From a virus, in IMG/VR virus record IMGVR_UViG_3300034060_000588, positions 1-64,000 of that record: 64,000 bases of DNA; one strand, written 5' to 3'. The notes beneath the pieces were generated by a model. That model did no database searches, was not told the origin of the DNA, and saw nothing but the letters and a program-made list of their open reading frames with translations. Shown here in pieces: positions 35,880 to 44,677 of this stretch (its first letter is position 1; each line of letters opens with the position of its first letter). Position numbers and translations under genes: made by a program.

Positions 35880-37739
35880 TTATACAATTTCACACGCACC
35901 ACCAGCACAAGCGGCTTCACCACGAAGATCGGTGTTATCTTGTAACTCAATAACTTTTGTAAGATCTACATCTTTTAATGTTGCGGATAATCTTTCAAAG
36001 TCTTCTTTTTTACAATCTTCAAAAGGTGCCTGGGTATAAGTTCCTCCGTTGTAGGGCAAAACAGATAGTCCATTATAGAATTTTCTGTTTTTCCACATCC
36101 AGTCACCTACTAAGTCCCACTCGTCTTCTTTAATTGAGACTGTCGCAGATACATTGTGTGTGTTTTGTCCTGTTCTATGTCCATTTCTGATCCACTCTTG
36201 AGATACTTTTTTTACTCTTTCCAGCATTTGAAATACTGATTCATATCGTAGAATTGATCCTTCTGGTGACATTTGTGGTATTGTAATTACCGCAGTATCG
36301 TGTGGTCGGAAGTACTCATCTTCAACTAATTCTGGGTGATTAATCGCAAGGTATGAATATATTGCCTCATTTTTTCCAACACGGATTCTTCTTAAATAAT
36401 AGTCATTATGCCAAGCGTGAATACCAGATGCTGTGCCTAAAACCAATGATGATGTACCAGATGGTTTTACAGTTGTTGTACGGGCGGCTTTGTTAATACC
36501 AATTAAATTTGCAACTCTTTCGTTTTCTTCTTTAACGGCTTGAGCGGCTGCTTTCATATCATAACCCAATACAACACCAGAACCAATGCCTGTCATTCCA
36601 ACACCAATAAGTGCGTCTTTTTCTGTTGTTCTTTTCCAAACATCTCTCAAGTAATGAAAATCTGTGTAACCCGCTTGTAGTGTTCCGATGAACGCAGCAC
36701 CTTTAACTCGTTTTTCAAAGTCTTCTTGTGAATCAATATCTGAAGAATTAACTTCACATAGATTACAGAATTGGTATGGTCGTAAACCGATTTCACAACA
36801 AGGATTTGTTCCCCAATCTTTATCGTTTGATAAATAAATTCCTGGTTCACCAGCACCTGATAGTTCAATTCTTTTCCAAAGACCCATAAAATATTCTTGT
36901 GTTACTTTATGTCTTAATAAAACCGCTGAATTGTTTGCTCTACCTCTTTGTGGGTTTGATTCCCACCAATTTCCGGATTTACAAGAAATCATTTCATCAT
37001 CATCAGCTGAAAATAATGAGATAAGTGCTGCACGTCTGATTCCACCAGCCAATACTGCATCAGCAATATGACATACAATGTCGTGAGTTTCAATTGGTGT
37101 TAATTTATCACCATCGTTTTTGTTTTCCAACACCTTTGTAATGTGGTGAATACAATCTTTTAATGGTTGAGGGCCTGGTGCTTTTCCACCAGACGTTACA
37201 AGGTTTGCCCCTTTTTGTCTAATATCTGAAAAATCAAATATTGGTGTTGATGCTTTGTACCCAAAATAAGATTCCATCAATACTTTAATTGCGTCAGCCC
37301 ACCCTTCAATAGAATCTCCAATTAAGTATCTTCTTGTTCTTGTTGGGTTTGGTTTTTTAATTTCCTGTAGTTTATCTACGTGATGTTTTTGAACTGAAAA
37401 CCCTACACCTGTTCCACCTAATAACAAAAACATTGTTTCTGAAAATGCGTCTGTGTGGTCTATCGGTAAATAAGCACAGTTATAAACTCTGTTTGGTGAA
37501 ATCTCAATTGGTTTACCACCAAATTGTAATGATCTCATAGATGGAAGAATTTTTTTATCGTATACCATTTTGTACACTTCTTCTATCTCGTCTTTAATTT
37601 TTGGGTATTTTTTCTGATGCATTTCTTTATTTCTTGTCACCAGTTCTTCCCAAGTTTCCCTTCTGTTTAATTCAGGTACAAATTTAGCGTATTTCATATG
37701 TACCGTAATATCGCTCAATATTTTTTGTGAAATATTCAT
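35880..37739 (-). CDS. nrdJ: Class II (adenosylcobalamin-dependent) ribonucleotide reductase
   Basis: RRETWEE, LPSMRSLQ, YNCA, GGTGVGFS, GGIRRAALI, GTNPCCEI, TTVKPSGT, C-terminal ACAGGACEI; no beta subunit nearby. Confidence 0.93.
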   Translation of the reverse strand: MNISQKILSDITVHMKYAKFVPELNRRETWEELVTRNKEMHQKKYPKIKDEIEEVYKMVYDKKILPSMRSLQFGGKPIEISPNRVYNCAYLPIDHTDAFSETMFLLLGGTGVGFSVQKHHVDKLQEIKKPNPTRTRRYLIGDSIEGWADAIKVLMESYFGYKASTPIFDFSDIRQKGANLVTSGGKAPGPQPLKDCIHHITKVLENKNDGDKLTPIETHDIVCHIADAVLAGGIRRAALISLFSADDDEMISCKSGNWWESNPQRGRANNSAVLLRHKVTQEYFMGLWKRIELSGAGEPGIYLSNDKDWGTNPCCEIGLRPYQFCNLCEVNSSDIDSQEDFEKRVKGAAFIGTLQAGYTDFHYLRDVWKRTTEKDALIGVGMTGIGSGVVLGYDMKAAAQAVKEENERVANLIGINKAARTTTVKPSGTSSLVLGTASGIHAWHNDYYLRRIRVGKNEAIYSYLAINHPELVEDEYFRPHDTAVITIPQMSPEGSILRYESVFQMLERVKKVSQEWIRNGHRTGQNTHNVSATVSIKEDEWDLVGDWMWKNRKFYNGLSVLPYNGGTYTQAPFEDCKKEDFERLSATLKDVDLTKVIELQDNTDLRGEAACAGGACEIV

Positions 37740-37764
37740 TTTTTATTAGTTTAATTATTTTATT

Positions 37765-39150
37765 TTATGATTTTTTTTCTTGTTCTCTTTGTTGTCTTTT
37801 CTCCAACAATTCCTTAACTCGTAGTCTTTGTCTTTCTTCTTTTTGTTCCTCAATACCTAAAAATGTAGTTGTGGATTCAGTATCAATTTCAATCATCGCA
37901 TTATCAAATTTACAATTTTCAAACACCACACCGTCATCTCCAATACGAGACTTGGTAATTGCAATTGTGGCTAACTTCATTTCTTTTTGTTGTAATGTCT
38001 TTGCTATTGAAATAATAACGTGTCCTACTTGTGCTTTCTTAATTGATCCACCCATTTGGTCTGTTGTAACAACCTCTGATGAAATAGAAGCTCTATTTCC
38101 TTGTGTTGCAGTCCAACCAACTAGGTCTAATTCGTGACACATAGCTTCAAATCCTCTCATTACGGATCCTTCACTTTTCCATTCATCCCCTAGGTTTTTA
38201 TCCGGAACAACACAATCAATGTAATCTAAAACAACCATATCTATTTTAATACCATCTGCAATCATCTTTCTAATTTCATTTTTGATTTGCAACATAGTTT
38301 TTGTGTCAGATGGTAATTTCTTTAAGATTAACTCATTTGTCATTGTTTCCTTGATTTCTGTTACTTTGGCCATCACCTCTTCCTTTTTTTCTGACAATTC
38401 GTCAGGGTGAATCTTTGTCCAGAGAATAAAATGTTTTCTCTGTATCACTTTTGGGTTGTCTTCAAAAAATACTTGAAGAACGTTAAATCCTAGGTTAAAT
38501 GCGTGGTTTGAGATCTTTGTAAGAATGGTTGATTTACCTACACCGGTAGGTGCTAAAATAACACCTATTTCCCCTTTTGCTAATCCTCCTTTCAACAACC
38601 TATCAATACCTGGTATTCCCATTGGTATTGGGTGTCTATAGTCTTCATCTAGGACTTGGTCTAGGTTTGAAAAAACGTCTAACATTGAGGTGTCCTTTGA
38701 TCCAACAAGTAATGCGTCTCTTACCAATTCTTCTAGTGTGTCATAGTTTTCAAACTCACCTCCGTCGATAATCTTTTGTGCCTTTTTCATCACTTTCTGT
38801 AATTCTTGTTGTTTACAGAATTTAAGTGCCTTTTCCTGTACAAAATCCGCTCCGTCAATAGGTGCAGACTTGATTTTCTTAACTGTATCAAGTACAACTT
38901 TAATGGCGGTTTCTTGTTGTAATTCGGATTTTGCGACTTGTTCTAGGGTATCAAATGATGGTGTATGTTCATACTTTGTATAGTACTCTTTTATCATTTG
39001 AATGATTATTTTAAAATACTTGTTTTCAAAATAATTGTTTTCAATTACCTCAATAATTGAGTGTGAAAAGTCTTTGTCTACAATGATTTGGTTAAGTAGT
39101 TGTATTTGAAAATTGTTACCAAGATATTCAAAGTTTTTGTTCGTCGCCAT
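37765..39150 (-). CDS. dnaB: Replicative DnaB-like (T4 gp41-like) helicase
   Basis: GGLAKGE, Walker A APTGVGKS, VVLDYID, WTATQGNR, KSRIG. Confidence 0.92.
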   Translation of the reverse strand: MATNKNFEYLGNNFQIQLLNQIIVDKDFSHSIIEVIENNYFENKYFKIIIQMIKEYYTKYEHTPSFDTLEQVAKSELQQETAIKVVLDTVKKIKSAPIDGADFVQEKALKFCKQQELQKVMKKAQKIIDGGEFENYDTLEELVRDALLVGSKDTSMLDVFSNLDQVLDEDYRHPIPMGIPGIDRLLKGGLAKGEIGVILAPTGVGKSTILTKISNHAFNLGFNVLQVFFEDNPKVIQRKHFILWTKIHPDELSEKKEEVMAKVTEIKETMTNELILKKLPSDTKTMLQIKNEIRKMIADGIKIDMVVLDYIDCVVPDKNLGDEWKSEGSVMRGFEAMCHELDLVGWTATQGNRASISSEVVTTDQMGGSIKKAQVGHVIISIAKTLQQKEMKLATIAITKSRIGDDGVVFENCKFDNAMIEIDTESTTTFLGIEEQKEERQRLRVKELLEKRQQREQEKKS

Positions 39151-39183
39151 ATAATTTCCTTCTGTTAGTAAAGATAAATACTA

Positions 39184-39633
39184 TTACTTTTGAATAAATT
39201 GTGGATAAAAATAATTAAATTTTCTACCTGAAAAAATGTCAGTAAGTTCTGATAATATGTTTTTCAGTCTTGGGCGTAGGTCTACGGTGTATCTGACCTT
39301 TGGGGGGTATACTTTTGCATCAAACGACCTCTGACAAATTGTCACATTTTCTACCTTAATATAAAGGTTAAAAATTTCTTGACCCTCTGTTATAGATGTG
39401 TTTAACACTTCTGGGTTCTCCATAATTTCATATTGGTTTTCCAACATATAAATTACGGATCTCATTTTTAAATCATATTGTAACCCATTACAAAATGATT
39501 TAATGTAATCATAAAATTCTTCTGATTTGTGTGCGCTTTTGTTAAATCCTTTAACGTTAAAGAATCGTTGTACAACAATGTTGTCATTACACGTTAATAA
39601 AAATTCTACTTTTGTTACGTCTTGCTCTCTCAT
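39184..39633 (-). CDS. Hypothetical protein in replication operon
   Basis: 149 aa ORF, co-oriented. Confidence 0.7.
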   Translation of the reverse strand: MREQDVTKVEFLLTCNDNIVVQRFFNVKGFNKSAHKSEEFYDYIKSFCNGLQYDLKMRSVIYMLENQYEIMENPEVLNTSITEGQEIFNLYIKVENVTICQRSFDAKVYPPKVRYTVDLRPRLKNILSELTDIFSGRKFNYFYPQFIQK

Positions 39634-39643
39634 TTTTACTTTT

Positions 39644-40660
39644 TTACTTTTTTTGTTTGTTTCTAAAATTTGTTTTCTCTTTTCTTGATAGTTTTAAAAA
39701 TGGCTTTAAAAAATTCACCCAGGCATCGTCCCCCTTTGGGAGAAATTTAAAGAATCCGTCGTCCATCATCATTCTTATTAGATTTCTATGTCCTCTTCCG
39801 TTTGGATCCAACGACTCTGAATAATATAATCTAACTAAATCTTTTCCTTCATCTGAAATTAATGGGTTTGCAAGATCCACTAATTTTTCGTTGATTGTGA
39901 AGAACTCCTCTCCAAATATTCCCTCTTTGGTTTTCCCGCTTAGGAGATTTTGTAAGGCCACATTTCCTTTTTGTTCCGAAAGTAAACTCTCTGCCTTTGT
40001 TAAAATATCGGTATATTTTAATTCAGTATCAAGTATTTCAGGAAATAATTTAAGAAATGTTTTTTCACCCAAATAAAAAATACCATCAATATTATCTGAA
40101 CTATCACCAGTTAATATTTTGTAAGTTTTGATATTGTAATGTGGTATCTCTGATGTGTCCATTTTAATACCATCACCATTTTTATAATATCGTTTTTGTT
40201 GGGGTGAATATATAGTTACCATTTCAGAAATTAATTGTGTTAAATCTCTATCGGATGAAAATATTGTTTTATCCTCATCTTCAGAAATTTGACAATAATA
40301 AGCGATTAAATCGTCAGCCTCCGATTTTTCAACTTCTAATTGTCTAACAAACATTTCTTCTAGGTATTGTTTTACTCTATTTTTTTGAGTAGTAAAAGAT
40401 TGTTCTCTAAAATCTTCTTCGTCTTTTTGTTTTCGGTTAAGTTTGTATTTGGGATAGATAAGTCTTCTTTGTGAGGAACTAGTTTCACTATCCCAAAATA
40501 CCACAACTTTATTGTAATTACTTTCCTCTAAAAATCGTCTTAAAGTGTTTAAAAAGTGCCAAGTACCACCGACGTGTTCTCCTTTATTAAAAAAGTCTTT
40601 AACGCCGTGAAAACCAATTTTTAATAGATTATTTCCGTCAACTAATAAAGATTTAGTCAT
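39644..40660 (-). CDS. 5'-3' exonuclease/flap endonuclease (PolA N-terminal, T4 RNase H-like)
   Basis: LLVDGNNL, VVFWD, YPKYKLNR, EADDLIA, SSDRDLTQL, LTGDSSDNIDGI..LGEKT. Confidence 0.92.
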   Translation of the reverse strand: MTKSLLVDGNNLLKIGFHGVKDFFNKGEHVGGTWHFLNTLRRFLEESNYNKVVVFWDSETSSSQRRLIYPKYKLNRKQKDEEDFREQSFTTQKNRVKQYLEEMFVRQLEVEKSEADDLIAYYCQISEDEDKTIFSSDRDLTQLISEMVTIYSPQQKRYYKNGDGIKMDTSEIPHYNIKTYKILTGDSSDNIDGIFYLGEKTFLKLFPEILDTELKYTDILTKAESLLSEQKGNVALQNLLSGKTKEGIFGEEFFTINEKLVDLANPLISDEGKDLVRLYYSESLDPNGRGHRNLIRMMMDDGFFKFLPKGDDAWVNFLKPFLKLSRKEKTNFRNKQKK

Positions 40661-41675
40661 TAGAAATTTCGTTTATTGGGTTTGACAATACTGGTTCTTT
40701 TTCCTGGATATAGTTAGAGAAAAACTCTGTAAATATGGCTTCCATTACTGGTACACAAATTGAGTTTCCGGCTAAAGATACGTGACCTTTTGTTGATAAC
40801 GATGTTGCTAATAATAAATCAATATCTTCATCACGAACACCCATAAATCTATAACCCTCTCTTGCGGTAATTGTTCTTACTCTACCGTCTCTTGTCATAA
40901 TCTGTGGGGATCCACTGGTTGTTAGACAAGGTGAACATCCTTCAATAGAATAGATCCTTCTTGCTTGGTCGTAACTAATATCGTCTCGTCTAGCAATTAA
41001 CCTACAAATTGTGTGATGTTTTGGTTGATGTAAAGTGTATGGACAATCAATAAATAACGATTGATCTTCGGTATCCTCAATAAATGTGTCCATAGGTATC
41101 CTAGTTTTTTTGTGACTGTCAACATTCATCATTTTTTGTTTTACATCATCTTTGTCACCATTTAAAACAGAAATCATAAAAACTCTTTCTCTATTTTGGG
41201 GACAACCGAAATCAGCACCATTTAAAATTTTCCAATATGACGTATAACCTAATCCACGAAGAAAATAAATGTGTTTTTTAAAATTTTCATAATGATTTTT
41301 AGACACAAGATTTTTAACGTTTTCCATCAACAAATATTGTGGTCTATTAACGGATAATAATCTTTCAACATCAAATAGTAACCCACTTCTTGTACCTTCT
41401 TTAATTCCTCGTTGAACACCTGAAATTGAGATGTCCTGACAAGGGAATGAATATGTTAATAAGTCACAATCTGGAAAGTTATTTTCATCAACTTTTGTTA
41501 TGTCTCCTAAATTTCCACTTGTTGTTGTATGTAAAGCATCGTAACATTCGTTTGCTTGTTTGAAGTTGTCACAGTTTGCAACATTTTCATAATTAACACC
41601 AATGTATTTAAGTGCCAACTCTTGTGTTCCGTAACCGGAAAATAATGATACTACTTTTAATTTATTATTATTCAT
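40653..41675 (-). CDS. DNA (cytosine-5) methyltransferase
   Basis: SLFSGYG (motif I), GDI, YSFPCQDIS (IV), MENVKNL (VI), PQNRERVF (VIII), AGNSI (X); no cognate REase adjacent. Confidence 0.93.
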   Translation of the reverse strand: MNNNKLKVVSLFSGYGTQELALKYIGVNYENVANCDNFKQANECYDALHTTTSGNLGDITKVDENNFPDCDLLTYSFPCQDISISGVQRGIKEGTRSGLLFDVERLLSVNRPQYLLMENVKNLVSKNHYENFKKHIYFLRGLGYTSYWKILNGADFGCPQNRERVFMISVLNGDKDDVKQKMMNVDSHKKTRIPMDTFIEDTEDQSLFIDCPYTLHQPKHHTICRLIARRDDISYDQARRIYSIEGCSPCLTTSGSPQIMTRDGRVRTITAREGYRFMGVRDEDIDLLLATSLSTKGHVSLAGNSICVPVMEAIFTEFFSNYIQEKEPVLSNPINEISND

Positions 41676-42672
41676 ATACCTTTTCTTCTTTTAAATCAAA
41701 TTCACCATCTACACCAATAATATTTTTCCAATATTCGGCATGTTCACTTTTGTAGGTCTCAATAGACTTCTTTTCTTCTGTCGCATCTTTTCCAGGTAAA
41801 AAACCGTGGGGTGTTACAATAATTTTACCATCTTCAAAACCAAGGCCATTTATATGGTTTTTCATAACCGATACTTTTGTTCTTGACGCAAATTTAACAG
41901 TTCTTTTATCTTTTGTTGCCGTAATTTTTGTTGTTCCAGCACCTTTTTGGTTTCCGTATAAAAATACCAAAGATGAGTTTAACCAAATTGCTTCACCACC
42001 TTTTGCTTTGATTTTTGGTTGACCAAATGGATTGTCTGGTAATTCAACCCAAGGTTGGTTAACGATAATTAACGTATTTTCGTATTTTGTATCTGCTTTT
42101 CTTGATCCAGAAATACGTTGGTTAATTCCCATACCGATCTTATCCGCTAAAACACTTGCGTTGTGTTGTTTACCACCTTTACCTTCGTAAGTCATTTTAC
42201 AAGGAACTGAACCAACTGAATCCCACATAATACATAAAGAATAATCAAGTTCACCTTTTTCTTGTGCGTCTAATAACTCATTAATATATTCGGTAATTTG
42301 TTCAATATAACTAAAATTATTATTAAACAAGAAGAAACCATCCCAAGTTAACTCGCCGGTTTCTTCATCTACAACCTCTTCACATTCAAAACCCATAAGT
42401 CTTGAGTGTTCAAAAGACCATTTTTGTTCTGTAATGATAAAAACAGGTAGTATCTCTTTTTTCTGTGCGTCAACGGCTGTTTTTACAAGTGCTGTTGTTT
42501 TACCAGTATCAGAGTGTCCTAAAAACATATTAATATGTCCCATCGCTGGACCTGGTAAGCCTACCGCATCTAAAAATGCTGGTCCTAAATCAAAATATCT
42601 TTGTGGTTTGTATTTTGCGTCCGATGAGAATTTTTTCTTTATCGAACTAAAGTCTGTTTTTTTAATTGCCAT
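41668..42672 (-). CDS. recA: RecA/UvsX-like recombinase
   Basis: GHSDTGKT Walker A, MWDSVG, IIVNQ, KGGEA, KNHI. Confidence 0.88.
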   Translation of the reverse strand: MAIKKTDFSSIKKKFSSDAKYKPQRYFDLGPAFLDAVGLPGPAMGHINMFLGHSDTGKTTALVKTAVDAQKKEILPVFIITEQKWSFEHSRLMGFECEEVVDEETGELTWDGFFLFNNNFSYIEQITEYINELLDAQEKGELDYSLCIMWDSVGSVPCKMTYEGKGGKQHNASVLADKIGMGINQRISGSRKADTKYENTLIIVNQPWVELPDNPFGQPKIKAKGGEAIWLNSSLVFLYGNQKGAGTTKITATKDKRTVKFASRTKVSVMKNHINGLGFEDGKIIVTPHGFLPGKDATEEKKSIETYKSEHAEYWKNIIGVDGEFDLKEEKVYE

Positions 42673-42686
42673 AAGTTTTTTTTAAA

Positions 42687-42715
42687 AAGATAAGTAAAAA
42701 TGGGTACATTGTCTA
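42687..42715 (-). promoter_or_regulatory. sigma70-like promoter for recA operon overlapping a stem-loop after ssb
   Basis: TAGACA-N17-TATCTT; inverted repeat AATGGGTA...TACCCATT (42699-42729). Confidence 0.55.
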
Positions 42716-42742
42716 CTAATATACCCATTAATTTAAATAAAA

Positions 42743-43609
42743 TTAGAATGGTAACTCTTCGTCAATTTCGTCATTTACTTGTGGATCCACAGTTTTTGGT
42801 TCTGGTTTAGAATTTCCACCACCCATAGTAATTTCAGCTTCTGTTGTATTACTATAAGCATATTTTCCAGCGTCTGAATCCCATCTTGGTGTTTCACCTC
42901 TAGCAATCGCTTCAAGATATTCGGCAGGTTTTTTAGAATAAACACCATCCCAAGTAAGTTCGTCTTCAACCCAACTTTTCATTGTGTCGTCGTCTTCGTG
43001 AACTGGTGTTGGGTCATCATACATAACCGTTTGGATTACCGTATAGAACGCACCTTTAGGTGTTTTTGCTTTTGTTAGTTCAAGAATTAAATCTCTACCT
43101 TTGTCAGCATCTGCAACATCACCTTTTGCTTTGTAGATTGGGATAATTTTATCAAAAATTCCTTCCTGTTTGTAATTGTGTTTGAATCTCCAAAATTTAG
43201 GTCCGTCTTGTTCGTTGTCACGGTCAATAACTTTAACAATATAAAACTTACGAGGTTTGTATTGTTTTGCCAATTCTTTGTCGGATTCTTTACCAGTTGA
43301 CATTAATTCCTCATAAACCTCACTTAACGGTGAACGCTCATTGTCATTTTTTCCTGGATCGTAGAATTTTTGCCATTTACCATCAACATTGATTTCGTGA
43401 AACCAAACCTCCTTAAAGGGTGAGGATCCGTCGGGTGTTGGTAGGATACGAATCTTTTTTTGTGCTTGCTTTTCGTTGTCTTTAAGTATTGCAGCAAAAT
43501 ACTTTTTCATTCTCTCTTCTTGTGACATTTTTGAAGTGGAAGAAGAACCACTTTGTTTTGCATTCTCGTACTGAGCCAAAACCGCATCTAGAACATTGCT
43601 TGTCGCCAT
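42743..43609 (-). CDS. Single-stranded DNA-binding protein, T4 gp32-like
   Basis: IRILP...PFKEVWFH, VKVIDRD, GPKFWRF, GRDLIL, acidic tail ending DEELPF. Confidence 0.85.
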   Translation of the reverse strand: MATSNVLDAVLAQYENAKQSGSSSTSKMSQEERMKKYFAAILKDNEKQAQKKIRILPTPDGSSPFKEVWFHEINVDGKWQKFYDPGKNDNERSPLSEVYEELMSTGKESDKELAKQYKPRKFYIVKVIDRDNEQDGPKFWRFKHNYKQEGIFDKIIPIYKAKGDVADADKGRDLILELTKAKTPKGAFYTVIQTVMYDDPTPVHEDDDTMKSWVEDELTWDGVYSKKPAEYLEAIARGETPRWDSDAGKYAYSNTTEAEITMGGGNSKPEPKTVDPQVNDEIDEELPF

Positions 43610-43640
43610 ATATATATTTGTTTAAAAGTTTACAATAGAA

Positions 43641-43669
43641 AATATAAGTTAAATAAAAATAGTAGTCAA
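43641..43669 (-). promoter_or_regulatory. sigma70-like promoter for ssb
   Basis: TTGACT-N17-TATATT. Confidence 0.7.
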
Positions 43670-43679
43670 TATGCTTAAT

Positions 43680-43716
43680 AAAAAAAAGTTTAAGGTCGTA
43701 ATTTGCGACCTTAAAC
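43680..43716 (-). terminator. Intrinsic terminator
   Basis: GTTTAAGGTCG...CGACCTTAAAC stem followed on minus strand by T run. Confidence 0.85.
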
Positions 43717-43717
43717 A

Positions 43718-44410
43718 TTACATTGTATCGTTTTCGTCATTAAAGTCATTAAAGGTATCTCTAACTGCTTTAGGTGACATTTCTTCAACTTGGTCTGTGG
43801 TTAAAACGTACTCATTCTTTCCGCTTTGTTCCATTTCACCTTGTTTGTCTTCAAAAAAATCTGATAGTTTCTGGTTGAATGGCCCAGAATCAAGACTTCT
43901 CAATTCCAATTTTTCAACCGGTGTTTTTGGTCTAAATTTATCAAATTTAGCTTCTAGGTCATTAATTTTGTTAACAAGATTATCCATTTCTCCTAATTTA
44001 CTTTCCAAGTTTTGTAGTTGGCCAAATAAATTATTAAAATATTCTTCTTGTTTATCCGACATAGATTTTTGTGTATCAACAAGATCGGTAATATCAAGTT
44101 CTTCAACATCACCACTATCGTCCATACTTTCTTCATCACCTTTAACTTCTTCAACATCTGGATCATTAGCAATATCAACAGTTGTTCCTGTTGTTGCGCC
44201 AGTAGCCCCTAAATCACCTCCCGGAGGTGGTGGTGGTGTTCCTAAATCAGTAGGTTCTGCCGTTGGTGGTGGTGGAATCTCTCCAGGTATTTCTTCTCCT
44301 TCAATTGGCGCTCCCAAATCAATTGGTTCTTCAGCCGCTTGTTCAACAATATAGTTGTTGATACTATTAAATCTTCTAATTTCTTCAAGTATTTTTTTGT
44401 CTACTTTCAT
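43718..44410 (-). CDS. Acidic Pro-rich/coiled-coil hypothetical protein, possibly internal virion
   Basis: 230 aa; ILEEIRRF...IVEQ N-terminus, PPPP tracts, coiled coil. Confidence 0.7.
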   Translation of the reverse strand: MKVDKKILEEIRRFNSINNYIVEQAAEEPIDLGAPIEGEEIPGEIPPPPTAEPTDLGTPPPPPGGDLGATGATTGTTVDIANDPDVEEVKGDEESMDDSGDVEELDITDLVDTQKSMSDKQEEYFNNLFGQLQNLESKLGEMDNLVNKINDLEAKFDKFRPKTPVEKLELRSLDSGPFNQKLSDFFEDKQGEMEQSGKNEYVLTTDQVEEMSPKAVRDTFNDFNDENDTM

Positions 44411-44411
44411 T

Positions 44412-44639
44412 TTAACCGTTTAATAATGTTTTTATTCCAGATTTGGTTTCAACGTGGATTTTTTTAAATTGTCTCATTGTGTTGTCAACTCTTTCAATAA
44501 GACCATCCTTCATTCTAAGTGTATAACAATCTCCAGTATCTAAATCACAAACTTGTTTTGTGCCGTCACCCATATCTTTTTCCGACATTCTTGTATTTTT
44601 ACCAAGATAATTGTCTAATATTAATTTAGTGTTGTTCAT
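44412..44639 (-). CDS. Hypothetical protein
   Basis: 75 aa; VCDLDTGDC; TATTTAT upstream. Confidence 0.7.
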   Translation of the reverse strand: MNNTKLILDNYLGKNTRMSEKDMGDGTKQVCDLDTGDCYTLRMKDGLIERVDNTMRQFKKIHVETKSGIKTLLNG

Positions 44640-44677
44640 ACAATTTTTTATTTATAAATATCTAGTAATTTCAAATA

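Noticed and set aside
35880-42672. Introns or inteins in nrdJ, helicase or recA
   Set aside because: ORFs continuous, of normal length, with no intein splice motifs seen
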